From: Candidatus Parvarchaeota archaeon
Lineage (GTDB): Archaea; Nanobdellota; Nanobdellia; WJKC01
NCBI GenBank assembly: GCA_030615175.1
Contig: JAUWZX010000001.1
Coordinates: 524,044 to 588,043 of the forward strand
Reading direction: 5' to 3'
Length of the DNA stretch: 64,000 nucleotides
Shown here in pieces: positions 1 to 8,800 of this stretch. The translations under genes were made by a program, and so were the position numbers. Within the stretch, counting starts at the first letter, position 1, and each line of letters begins with the position of its first letter. The notes beneath the pieces were generated by a model. That model did not search any database. It was not told the origin of the DNA and saw only the letters and a list, made by a program, of their open reading frames with translations.

Positions 1-510
1 CTTTCTCAGAGAACGCGTGATGAGAATACCAGGAGGGCTGCAGTTAAGTTGTTCAGTAAGTATTCAACGCCTAAAGCCCTGAGCAAGGCGCCAGTAAGCA
101 GGGTGGAGTTCTTGATTAAGGATTCAGGGTTTTACAGGGTGAAGGCGAGGAGGGTTAAGGAAATCGCGCAGCACGTTGCAGTGCATGGCATGCCAGAGAC
201 GTTTGATGAATTAATGAAGCTTCCTGGTGTTGGCAGGAAGACGGCTAACTGCGTTCTCGTTTATGGTTACGGAGTGCCTGCCATCCCTGTTGACGTTCAT
301 GTTCACAGAATCTCGAACAGGTTGGGACTCGTGTGCACTAAATCGCCTGAGCAGACTGAGATGGAGTTAATGAATTTACTGCCTGAGAGGTATTGGCTTG
401 AATTAAATGAATTACTAGTTAAGTTCGGTCAGAGGATTTGCAAGCCAGTGAAGCCTTCATGCAGTGAGTGCATGCTTAGAATTGATTGTGATTACTATAA
501 AAGTCTTTAG
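1..510 (+). CDS. nth: Endonuclease III (HhH-GPD DNA glycosylase), 5'-partial
   Basis: Frame open from base 1 (LSQRTRDE); HhH motif LPGVGRKTA, VDVHVHRI, C-terminal Cx6Cx2Cx5C Fe-S motif. Confidence 0.95.
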   Translation, partial: LSQRTRDENTRRAAVKLFSKYSTPKALSKAPVSRVEFLIKDSGFYRVKARRVKEIAQHVAVHGMPETFDELMKLPGVGRKTANCVLVYGYGVPAIPVDVHVHRISNRLGLVCTKSPEQTEMELMNLLPERYWLELNELLVKFGQRICKPVKPSCSECMLRIDCDYYKSL

Positions 511-1133
511 CATCCGCCCTGTACTGCCCCGGCAGTTCCGCTTAACTGAACACTGCAACCGCTTAAGTCAGGGTTAACTGAGCAGATTACTTGCTGGAAA
601 CCAGCAGCGCTCCTGGGACCATTATACCTTGCGTTATCAATATATATTGTTGGGCTGCCACTAATGCTTAACTCCCTGGCTCTTTCAATATTCTTGCTAA
701 GCAATTCAGCGCCTTCAGCGCCCTGATAACAAGTGCTTATAATATTAACATTCATTCCTGCCTCCTCAGCGCATGACCTCCATATAGCACCTGCATTACG
801 GTAATTCTTGTTAATGCACATTATGTAATCCATGTAATTAGCAGGGTAGTATTTTATAGCGCAAATCTGCCTTAAATCTTCATCATTATTATCAGCAATG
901 AATTGTAATCTGAAGTCAAGGTCAGCGCCGAATGCGTTAATAACTTCAGGCATTAAGTTTTCAGCCTGAACTCCGTAAGAGCACTGGCTCATAACGAATA
1001 ATTCAAACTTGACTGCGCCAGGATTAAGGATTACTGCCTGACCAGTAATTCCAGGGAAGTCTGTGAATCCGCCGGTTAGTATTGATAATACGAGTATAAT
1101 GCTTAGTATTGCGTAGGATATTAAATACTTCAT
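507..1133 (-). CDS. Secreted/membrane-anchored thioredoxin-fold (DsbA/GILT-like) protein
   Basis: N-terminal hydrophobic signal, FVMSQCSYG site, cis-Pro loop GSPTIYI. Confidence 0.7.
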   Translation of the reverse strand: MKYLISYAILSIILVLSILTGGFTDFPGITGQAVILNPGAVKFELFVMSQCSYGVQAENLMPEVINAFGADLDFRLQFIADNNDEDLRQICAIKYYPANYMDYIMCINKNYRNAGAIWRSCAEEAGMNVNIISTCYQGAEGAELLSKNIERARELSISGSPTIYIDNARYNGPRSAAGFQQVICSVNPDLSGCSVQLSGTAGAVQGGC

Positions 1134-1226
1134 AAGGAATTGATTAAAAGTAATTAGTATTTAAATTTTATGAATTATACATGTCATCCTAAAGATTAAT
1201 AAATTTAGGAAGGATTATGCATTGTT

Positions 1227-1796
1227 ATGGATGAGGATTCTGAAAAGTATAATAACAAAATAGAATTTGAGTTAGTGGTTGCACCGAAATATGGCAGTAA
1301 ATTCTTTAAAGAATATAGGACGGGCTTGGTTGGATTAGAATTTGACGCGTTGCATAGCTTGATTGGAAAGATTGAAAAATTATTTAATATTAATGAAGAG
1401 AATCGTAATAATTTTAGTTTAGAGGAAGAATTATTGGAGAATAATTTGCAGTGCGCTAGAATGACTTACAGTGAAGATGATAAGGAGTTATTAGAAATTA
1501 ATCTTTCATTAAGGAATGATGAAAGCCGTAATTCATACACTCTTAAAGTATTTAAGAAAATTGAAAGTGAATCAGGAGAGGATGAAAAGAGGTTTAAGAA
1601 ATTCTTTAAAAACCTTATAAAAAAAGGCTATGAAGTTAAGGAAAAATTTAATGTGCATAAATATGATTTAACAGTTAGTCTTAAATCAAATAATTACAAG
1701 GAAGCAAGTAATCGCATGAAGCAATTAAGCAGGTACTTTCTTAACTATTTTAGAGTAACTGAGTTTCCGAAATATGAAGAAAAACTTGATGAATAA
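1227..1796 (+). CDS. Hypothetical protein
   Basis: 189-aa ORF with upstream TATA-like box; no recognisable motif. Confidence 0.6.
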   Translation: MDEDSEKYNNKIEFELVVAPKYGSKFFKEYRTGLVGLEFDALHSLIGKIEKLFNINEENRNNFSLEEELLENNLQCARMTYSEDDKELLEINLSLRNDESRNSYTLKVFKKIESESGEDEKRFKKFFKNLIKKGYEVKEKFNVHKYDLTVSLKSNNYKEASNRMKQLSRYFLNYFRVTEFPKYEEKLDE

Positions 1797-1874
1797 TTTA
1801 TTTCTTCTTCTTTTAATATTATCCCCACCTGATTAGAAAGACTTATATAAACATTTTAACTAAGGTTTTCAGTA

Positions 1875-3074
1875 ATGACTAAGAGAGAATTAGTTAAGGA
1901 AGTGATAAGTAAGTATTCTAAGGATGAATTGCTTGAATTAACTAATTCAGCGCCTAGAACTCCTTTAAAAGTTATGAAGAAGAAGTTGTTAAGGCTTAAA
2001 ACAAGTGAGTTAGAATCTTTATTGGGCAGTCAGAAACTTATTTACAGGTTAAACATTAAGGCTTTGCCAATTATTGCGTTAGCAGCACTAATCATGATTA
2101 GTGTTTTAACTCAAGGCTTCAGGTTCCCTCAAGCAGCTGCAGACACTAATGTAGGAGAAAGTGCCAGTTCAACTATCAATGTAATGGTGACTTACTTAAC
2201 TGATATGTCATGCAGTGAGTGTTATGATGTGAACATTAATTCAGAAATCCTTAGAGGCCAGTTCGGTTTGAAATTAACTGAGAGTTATGTTGACGCTGGC
2301 AGTGATGAGGGCCAAGAGTTAATAAATAAGTATAAAATAACTAGATATCCTACTTTCATACTCTCTAGTGATGCTATGGACAGCGAGTTGCTTTCTAACG
2401 TCTGGGCTAGTGTTGGCTCAGTTGAGAGTGATGGCGCATTAGTCTTCAGGGTGCCAGAGTTATTCGAGACAGAAGGTAATTACCAGTTAGTTCTTCCTGA
2501 CGGTACAGTAACTGAGGTTGAGTACGTGCCTCCTGTTGTTAATGCATCAATTGATGATGATTCATTGCTTGGCAATGAGTCAGCGCCAGTAACTATTGTA
2601 ATGTTCTCTGAATTTCAATGCCCTTTCTCAGGAAAGTTTGCAAATGAAGTTTTCCCTGAATTAAAGACAAGATTTATTGATAGTGGAATCGTGAACATTG
2701 TGTTCAGGGATTTCCCGCTGGGTTTTCACCCATTAGCTCATAATATTTCAGAAGCAGCTGAGTGCGCTCACGAGCAGGGATTTTTCTGGGAATTCCATGA
2801 TGAGTTATTCATTGAACAGGAATCAATTAGTGAAACGCGCTTCATAGAATTAGCTAATAATCTTGGCTTAAACATGATTCAATTCACTGATTGCTATGAG
2901 AGCGGCAAGTATTATGATGAGGTTGATAATGACTTGAATGATGGGTTGGATTATGGAGTTACTGGCACGCCAACATTCTTCATTAATGGTCACTTAATAG
3001 TCGGCGCCCTTCCAATAGAAGAATTTGAGAATGTAATTAATTATGCTTTAAGCGAGTTAAACTTAACTAATTAG
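1875..3074 (+). CDS. Membrane-anchored DsbA-family protein with two thioredoxin-like domains
   Basis: TM segment, CSEC motif, APVTIVMFSEFQCPFS, FRDFPL, GVTGTPTFFING. Confidence 0.85.
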   Translation: MTKRELVKEVISKYSKDELLELTNSAPRTPLKVMKKKLLRLKTSELESLLGSQKLIYRLNIKALPIIALAALIMISVLTQGFRFPQAAADTNVGESASSTINVMVTYLTDMSCSECYDVNINSEILRGQFGLKLTESYVDAGSDEGQELINKYKITRYPTFILSSDAMDSELLSNVWASVGSVESDGALVFRVPELFETEGNYQLVLPDGTVTEVEYVPPVVNASIDDDSLLGNESAPVTIVMFSEFQCPFSGKFANEVFPELKTRFIDSGIVNIVFRDFPLGFHPLAHNISEAAECAHEQGFFWEFHDELFIEQESISETRFIELANNLGLNMIQFTDCYESGKYYDEVDNDLNDGLDYGVTGTPTFFINGHLIVGALPIEEFENVINYALSELNLTN

Positions 3075-3126
3075 TTTACCATTTTTTTAACAGTAATCTT
3101 TTTATTATTAACTGACTCTATTAACC

Positions 3127-4686
3127 ATGCACTCAATAGAAGGTTTTGATTCTAAACCAGAAGGTTATGAAGCAGGGAAAACCAAGTTCATAATTATTAC
3201 TGGAAGCGTTATTTCAGGCGTTGGTAAGGGCGTTATTTCAGCCAGTATTGGACGATTATTTGAGTCAGCAGGATTAAAGGTATTCCCATTCAAGTTTGAT
3301 GGTTACTTAAACATTAATGCTGGCAGTCTTAACCCGTTCAGGCATGGTGAAGTATTCATACTTGAGGATGGAAGCATGTGTGACATGGATTTAGGGACTT
3401 ATGAGCGGTTCTTGAACACTAATCTTTCAAAAAATAATTACTTGACTGCAGGGCAGTTATTCCAGTACATTCTTGATAAAGAGAAGAATGGTGGTTACAA
3501 TGGCAGGGATGTTCAATTCATCCCTCACGTTACTGGAGAAATCAAGAAATTGTTAAGGGAGCGCAGCAAGGGCTTTGATGTTATGCTTGTTGAAGTTGGA
3601 GGCACTGTAGGTGATATTGAGAACAGTTATTTTATTGAGGCAATAAGGGAATTAGTGATTGAGGAGGGAAGTAATAATGTTTTAGTGATTAACGTGACTT
3701 ACGTTATCGAGCCAACGAGTCTTAACGAGCAGAAAAGCAAGGCAGCTCAGTTAGGGATTAAGCAGTTAATGAAGCAGGGTTTAAAGCCTGACATTATAAT
3801 TATAAGGAGTACTAACCCGGTTACTGACAGCATTAAAGAAAAGATTAGTGTTTACTCTAGCACGCCTTTAAGAAATGTTTTCGGGCTTCATGACTTGAAA
3901 TTAGTTTACGAGTCTCCGTTAATACTTGAGGCGCAGGGTTTTTTTGAAGTTGTTAAGGAGCGTTTTAGTATTAAATCAGAGCCTGATATGAGTGATTGGA
4001 AGGATTTTGTTCATAAATCATTAAATCCGAAGCATGAAATTAAAGTAATGATTGCTGGTGAATGCACAAATGTTTCTGATGGTTATGCAAGCATTATTGA
4101 GGCATTAATTCATGCTGGAGCAAGTAATGATTTAAACGTTAATTATGAATTAATTGACACAACGAGACATGATTGTGATGCTGTTAAAGAAAAAATGTCA
4201 GGTTTTAATGGTTTAATACTGCCAGATGATTTCAGCAGTCATTATGATGCTGGCTGGACTGAATTAATAAGGGCTGCCAGGGAGTCAGGAAAACCGTTCT
4301 TAGGGTTAAGTTATGGAACGCAGTTAGTTATTAATGAGTTTGCGCGTAATGTTTGCGGTTTAAAAAAAGTTAAGGAATCATCAGTCATCATTAATGAATC
4401 AGGCGCTTGTAAAACAATTTTAAAAGAAGGCAGTTTTGCTCAGTCAATTTATAATGATTCAGTTATTATTGAGCGTTACAGGCAACAGTATGAGGTTGAT
4501 GCAGGTTTAGTTAAGAGTCTTGAATCAAATGGTCTGGTGTTCTCAGGAGGGTTTAATATTATTGAATTAAGCAATCATCCTTTCTTTATTGCAACCCAGT
4601 TCCATCCTGAACTCACGAGCAAGCCTTTAAAGCCTAATCCTTTATTTAACGGTTTTGTTAAGGCATGTTTAGATAACGCCGAGTAA
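3127..4686 (+). CDS. pyrG: CTP synthase (glutaminase domain degenerate)
   Basis: TGSVISGVGKG, HGEVF, DMDLGTYERF, EVGGTVGDIE, TQFHPE. Confidence 0.95.
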   Translation: MHSIEGFDSKPEGYEAGKTKFIIITGSVISGVGKGVISASIGRLFESAGLKVFPFKFDGYLNINAGSLNPFRHGEVFILEDGSMCDMDLGTYERFLNTNLSKNNYLTAGQLFQYILDKEKNGGYNGRDVQFIPHVTGEIKKLLRERSKGFDVMLVEVGGTVGDIENSYFIEAIRELVIEEGSNNVLVINVTYVIEPTSLNEQKSKAAQLGIKQLMKQGLKPDIIIIRSTNPVTDSIKEKISVYSSTPLRNVFGLHDLKLVYESPLILEAQGFFEVVKERFSIKSEPDMSDWKDFVHKSLNPKHEIKVMIAGECTNVSDGYASIIEALIHAGASNDLNVNYELIDTTRHDCDAVKEKMSGFNGLILPDDFSSHYDAGWTELIRAARESGKPFLGLSYGTQLVINEFARNVCGLKKVKESSVIINESGACKTILKEGSFAQSIYNDSVIIERYRQQYEVDAGLVKSLESNGLVFSGGFNIIELSNHPFFIATQFHPELTSKPLKPNPLFNGFVKACLDNAE

Positions 4687-5796
4687 TTCAAGAGTTGTGA
4701 ATACTAATCCTAAGCCCAGAATTACTCCTACCAGTATCATGCCTGCCCTGCCAAAGGGTGTTACGAATGCCGGTTTATCTCCTTTAACTTTCCTTGCCTT
4801 GTTAATCGTGAGTATTATCAGGAATCCTGTCAGCGTGCCCGTGTAAGCTCCAGTAATGAGTATTGGCTGGATGAACTGTAAGTCAAAAGTTATTGCAATA
4901 ATTAATGGCACACTGATTGTTAAGAACCAGCTTGACATCTTGCTAAGCCCTAAATCATAGTGAAACATATTCCTAATCGCTAACCCTAATCCCAGGAAAC
5001 TCGTGGTCATGCCGAAGATGGCGATTCCGCTGCCGAATAAGCCTAAACCATTAGTTATTGATTCAGTTGCTACTTGCTGGACTTCACTTCCATACACCCC
5101 GATGAATGTGAATGAGAATATTAAGTAAATAATAGTGCTTAGCGTCATTGCAATAATTATTGATTCATCAATGTTTATCCGGTGCTTTGTAAGGACTTGC
5201 TCTAATTCAGGCATTACTGAGAAGCCAGTTAATGCGAAGAAGATGACTCCGAAAGGATAGAAGAATGAAGCGTAATCACTTACTAACACGTTATTAATGT
5301 CTGCGGCAGGTATTATCATTAAGCAAATAATTGTTATTAGTAGTCCGAGGATTATTGTTAGCGCTAATTGGAATCGTTCAACAACTTTTAACCCGTATAG
5401 TATTGGCATGCCAATGAGTGCTGTGAATAATATTTTATAAAGCAGTGCGCCCCCGCCCATTAAGTGATTAAGCGTGTCTGAGATGCCGATAACGTAGCTG
5501 ATTAGTGCTCCGTAAATTCCTATGATGAATAGTATTATTGCAGCAGTCTTGTACTTCTTGCCCATGTAGTTAGCAACTAAGCCGGGTAACTGGTATATGT
5601 TATGGCAGCGCAGCGCTGTTTCTGCCAAGTAAAGCATTAATAGTGTCATGCAGAAAGCAATTATTAGTGTCAGAATTAGTCCTGGAATGAATCCTGACAT
5701 GCTGATGGCGTATGGCAGTCCGAGTATTCCTGCTCCAACTACTGTGCCCATTATTATTGCTACTGCATATAGTACTCCTTGAGTTTTGCTGTTCAT
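4669..5796 (-). CDS. Aromatic amino acid permease (HAAAP/APC family)
   Basis: GTVVGAGILGLPY motif, about 11 TM helices. Confidence 0.85.
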   Translation of the reverse strand: MNSKTQGVLYAVAIIMGTVVGAGILGLPYAISMSGFIPGLILTLIIAFCMTLLMLYLAETALRCHNIYQLPGLVANYMGKKYKTAAIILFIIGIYGALISYVIGISDTLNHLMGGGALLYKILFTALIGMPILYGLKVVERFQLALTIILGLLITIICLMIIPAADINNVLVSDYASFFYPFGVIFFALTGFSVMPELEQVLTKHRINIDESIIIAMTLSTIIYLIFSFTFIGVYGSEVQQVATESITNGLGLFGSGIAIFGMTTSFLGLGLAIRNMFHYDLGLSKMSSWFLTISVPLIIAITFDLQFIQPILITGAYTGTLTGFLIILTINKARKVKGDKPAFVTPFGRAGMILVGVILGLGLVFTTLELLGVI

Positions 5797-5881
5797 TAGT
5801 AAATAATAATAGTGCTTGAGTATTTATTTCTTTTATTCTTTTTCATAGAACACTAAGTCCTTATCTGTTAGTAGTCGTGAT

Positions 5882-6592
5882 TTAAAAATTTATTATTTTA
5901 TATTTCCCGTTTGTAATCCTTATTTCATCATCAGGATTTAATTCTTTTTCATACTTTCTTCCATCAATTGATATGAATGCATCGTCCTTTATCTTAACTT
6001 TTACTTCATAACCTTCAGGCAGTTCCCTGCAGTCACTGAACCCGTAATTGCTTGCAATTGATGCTATGCCGTCTCCTTTGAATTTTGCATTATCATTATG
6101 TAGTAATTTTTTCAGGAAGCCTGAGTAACCGTATTCAGTGTAAATGAATAATGCGCTTCCAGAAGTAAGTATTGGTTTTTCATTATTAATTATTAATTCA
6201 TACTTGAAAGTCCCTCCCCACCGCGGAGCACTTATTATTATTTCATTAACAGCGCAGTCAGTGAATTCATTGTTTAATTCTGCTTTAATCTTGTTTCTTT
6301 CACTGACTTTGTATTCATTATTCTTTAATTTCTCAGCGTGGTTTGACCATTCATTAATATTGCAGTAGCAATGAGCTCCAACTGAATTCATTGACCGCAC
6401 GCCGATAATCTTGTCAAAACTTACAAGCGAAACTGATTTCGCGAAAGTGCCGTCCCCTCCAACACTGATTAATTCATCAATAAAGGTTCCTTCATAAGCA
6501 TCCAAGTCAATGAGCATTGTATCTTCTTCTAAACTCTTTAGAATTCTTTCAGCTAATTCCTTGTTCTTCTTAAAGTAACTGATTCCAATCAT
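5882..6592 (-). CDS. NAD kinase family protein
   Basis: GGDGT motif, AVNE motif, IDG near C-terminus. Confidence 0.75.
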   Translation of the reverse strand: MIGISYFKKNKELAERILKSLEEDTMLIDLDAYEGTFIDELISVGGDGTFAKSVSLVSFDKIIGVRSMNSVGAHCYCNINEWSNHAEKLKNNEYKVSERNKIKAELNNEFTDCAVNEIIISAPRWGGTFKYELIINNEKPILTSGSALFIYTEYGYSGFLKKLLHNDNAKFKGDGIASIASNYGFSDCRELPEGYEVKVKIKDDAFISIDGRKYEKELNPDDEIRITNGKYKIINF

Positions 6593-6689
6593 TAATGTTA
6601 ATTATTTATCTGATGAACTTTAAAAAACCTTTGATAATTAGGGATAAATTTAAAAAACTAAAAGCATATTAAAAGGTTTAGAGAATTAT

Positions 6690-6764
6690 GCTCCTGTAGT
6701 CTAGTCCGGTCAAGGATGCCGGCCTCTCGAGTCGGGGACCCGGGTTCAAATCCCGGCGGGAGCA
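6690..6764 (+). tRNA. tRNA-Glu(CTC), no intron, CCA not encoded
   Basis: Acceptor GCTCCTG/CGGGAGC, anticodon arm CCGGC-CT CTC GA-GTCGG, T arm CCGGG-TTCAAAT-CCCGG. Confidence 0.97.
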
Positions 6765-6780
6765 TTCTTTTTTCTTATTT

Positions 6781-7305
6781 ATGGAAAAGTATTTAATTCA
6801 TTTCTTTTCTCATAATCTTTTTATGGACATAAAATGTTTAACAGGGCTTGAGGAATCAGGATTTAAGAAGCCTGATTGCGTGGCAGTGTTAGGATTAAAC
6901 CTTCATAATTTTATTGCAGAGATATCATTGTGTTCTGAGAATGAGTTGCCTTCAGATTTAGATCTTCTTGAGATTTACAGGAGTGAGGATAAGCATGAGT
7001 TAAGAAGGATTTTTGCAGGGTTATGCTTGGAAAAGTGTGGTTTACGCCTTCCGGAATCCACTCATGAGGAGAGAGTTAGGGTTGCGGATGAATTCTTAGA
7101 GAAAATTAATGGACTTGATTATATTATTTCAAGTCATTTATTTGGTTCTGTTTCAACTAATCAGGATAATGAACTTAGTGATGTTGACATAAAAGTGTTT
7201 AGGAATTACTGTCCTGGCATTAAGGATTGCAGGATACCTGACTTGCTTAAGAGTGAGGATTACAAGCTCATTGACCTTTCATGCTATCCAGGCAAGCAAA
7301 AATGA
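6781..7305 (+). CDS. Protein with C-terminal minimal nucleotidyltransferase (MNT-like) motif
   Basis: HLFGSVSTNQDNELSDVDI fits GS-x10-DxD; start may be a later Met. Confidence 0.6.
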   Translation: MEKYLIHFFSHNLFMDIKCLTGLEESGFKKPDCVAVLGLNLHNFIAEISLCSENELPSDLDLLEIYRSEDKHELRRIFAGLCLEKCGLRLPESTHEERVRVADEFLEKINGLDYIISSHLFGSVSTNQDNELSDVDIKVFRNYCPGIKDCRIPDLLKSEDYKLIDLSCYPGKQK

Positions 7306-7334
7306 TTTAATATTTTAAAGGATTATTTATTGTT

Positions 7335-7925
7335 ATGAGAGATGTTGGAAGGATTAAGCGGGTGCTGAACTTAATTGAAGAGATATGGTTATTGCAGCCT
7401 GATTTAAGATTAGGGCAGTTGCTTGAGAATCTTTGTTTATTCCCAAAGCAGGCGAATAATCATTTCATGTTATGGTTTCAGGATGATGACGTGACAGAAG
7501 GGAAGTTAGAGCAATGGCTTAAGGATAATCCTTACACGAGTAAAAGCAAGGATTATGTGGAGATTAATGATTTATTCGTGCCTGAAGTTGGGAAGTTAAG
7601 GCAATGGCTTAAGGATAATCCTTACACGAGTAATAGTGATTTATTAGATGAGGATTCACTTAAAGTCTTATCAGACAGGGATTCATATAAGGTTTTCCTA
7701 ACTTTATTCGCCACTTATGAACCATTAACTTACGAGTCATTAGGGAAGGCATTGCCTTGCACTGAATGCTTGAAGGAGAAGTTAGATTCATTGATTAAAG
7801 CGGGTTTAGTGAAGGAGGATGGGAATCTTTATGAACTAAGTGATAAGGGGTTGTATTTCACTGAAAAAACTCCTTTACATCATGTTAGAAAAAGTTTTAA
7901 TGAATTATTCAAAAGGTTATCGTGA
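7335..7925 (+). CDS. DUF1040/YihD-like N-terminus fused to a winged-helix domain
   Basis: MRDxxRIxRVLxLIxEIWxxxPDLRLGQLL; C-terminal LIKAGLV...YELSDKG. Confidence 0.6.
   Translation: MRDVGRIKRVLNLIEEIWLLQPDLRLGQLLENLCLFPKQANNHFMLWFQDDDVTEGKLEQWLKDNPYTSKSKDYVEINDLFVPEVGKLRQWLKDNPYTSNSDLLDEDSLKVLSDRDSYKVFLTLFATYEPLTYESLGKALPCTECLKEKLDSLIKAGLVKEDGNLYELSDKGLYFTEKTPLHHVRKSFNELFKRLS
7500..7633 (+). repeat. 44-bp direct repeat (7500-7543, 7590-7633), 90-bp period, inside CDS
   Basis: 33-bp identical core gcaatggcttaaggataatccttacacgagtaa; 2 mismatches overall. Confidence 0.95.
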
Positions 7926-7973
7926 ATAGTGCGATAAGCATATAAATACTGGTACATACTTTATTGAATTAAT

Positions 7974-8113
7974 GCGGGGGTGGCGGAGCTTGGTCAAACG
8001 TGTCGGGCTTAGGACCCGATGGCTTAGTGCCTGCAAGGGTTCAAACAACCCTTTTTGGAAAAAGCGTTGACGGAAAAACTTCCAGGGTTTTGAAAATCCC
8101 TTCCCCCGCACCA
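7974..8113 (+). tRNA. tRNA-Leu(TAG) with 51-nt intron (8046-8096) at T-loop position 59/60; CCA encoded
   Basis: GCGGGGG/CCCCCGC acceptor, TCGGG-CT TAG GA-CCCGA, long variable arm; BHB with TTCA/TGAA helix and bulges AA|C, AA|T restores TTCAAAT. Confidence 0.93.
8046..8077. repeat. REP-like hairpin element, copy 1 (in tRNA-Leu intron)
   Basis: CAAC-C-CTTTT-TGGA-AAAAG-C-GTTG-ACGGAAAA. Confidence 0.9.
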
Positions 8114-8149
8114 TAATTTTTAAATACTTTATTATTTATTTTGATAGTT

Positions 8150-8407
8150 ATGTCATTAGTCACTATAATGAAGGATGGGTATAAGTTAGGGTTATTTCAG
8201 AGCGGGCAATTCGTTTTTTACAGGCAGCAGGAAGGCAGGGAGGAAAGGCTTCCGTCTGGATTAATTTACTCTATTCCGGATTATGTTCCATACATTGCAA
8301 GTAATTTTAATAAGAATGTAATTCCCAAAGCAGTCTTTGATGAATTATCAGGAGTACTGGTTAAGTACTGTAAGGAGAAGTACTGGGATAAGAGAATAAT
8401 AAAATAA
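8150..8407 (+). CDS. Hypothetical protein
   Basis: ATG about 25 nt after TTTAAATA box. Confidence 0.55.
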   Translation: MSLVTIMKDGYKLGLFQSGQFVFYRQQEGREERLPSGLIYSIPDYVPYIASNFNKNVIPKAVFDELSGVLVKYCKEKYWDKRIIK

Positions 8408-8438
8408 ATAAGAATTAATAATGATTACTAGTGTGAAT

Positions 8439-8687
8439 TCATTTCAGAGCGCTTTTAATCTCTTCATTCTGTTCAGGTGTTTCACCGTAAGTTTTCTCGC
8501 CTTCAATTTGTGTTGATTCTTCAAGCACGTCCTCTGCTTCCTCTTCTTGTGATTCCTCTTCAATGCTTCCGCAGTCAAGGCATAAATGCTTGTTAAAGTA
8601 ACCGCACTCAGTGCAGAAACGGACGCCGCACTGCCTGCAAGCTTGTAACTCAGCAACGTCTTCACCGCAAACTTCGCATGCACTCAT
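8439..8687 (-). CDS. Small zinc-finger protein with acidic tail
   Basis: Four CxxC pairs followed by Glu-rich region. Confidence 0.7.
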   Translation of the reverse strand: MSACEVCGEDVAELQACRQCGVRFCTECGYFNKHLCLDCGSIEEESQEEEAEDVLEESTQIEGEKTYGETPEQNEEIKSALK

Positions 8688-8800
8688 GTTTAATTCTGAC
8701 TTGCACGTTTTTTATTAGGTTTTTGGTACGTAAAACTTATGATTATTAAAAAGCATATAAAGAAAAAAGTTATTAATTAAGTAATTTGTAAATAATTGTC

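Noticed and set aside
7917..8114. 65-aa minus-strand ORF
   Set aside because: Antisense to the tRNA-Leu gene; shadow ORF.
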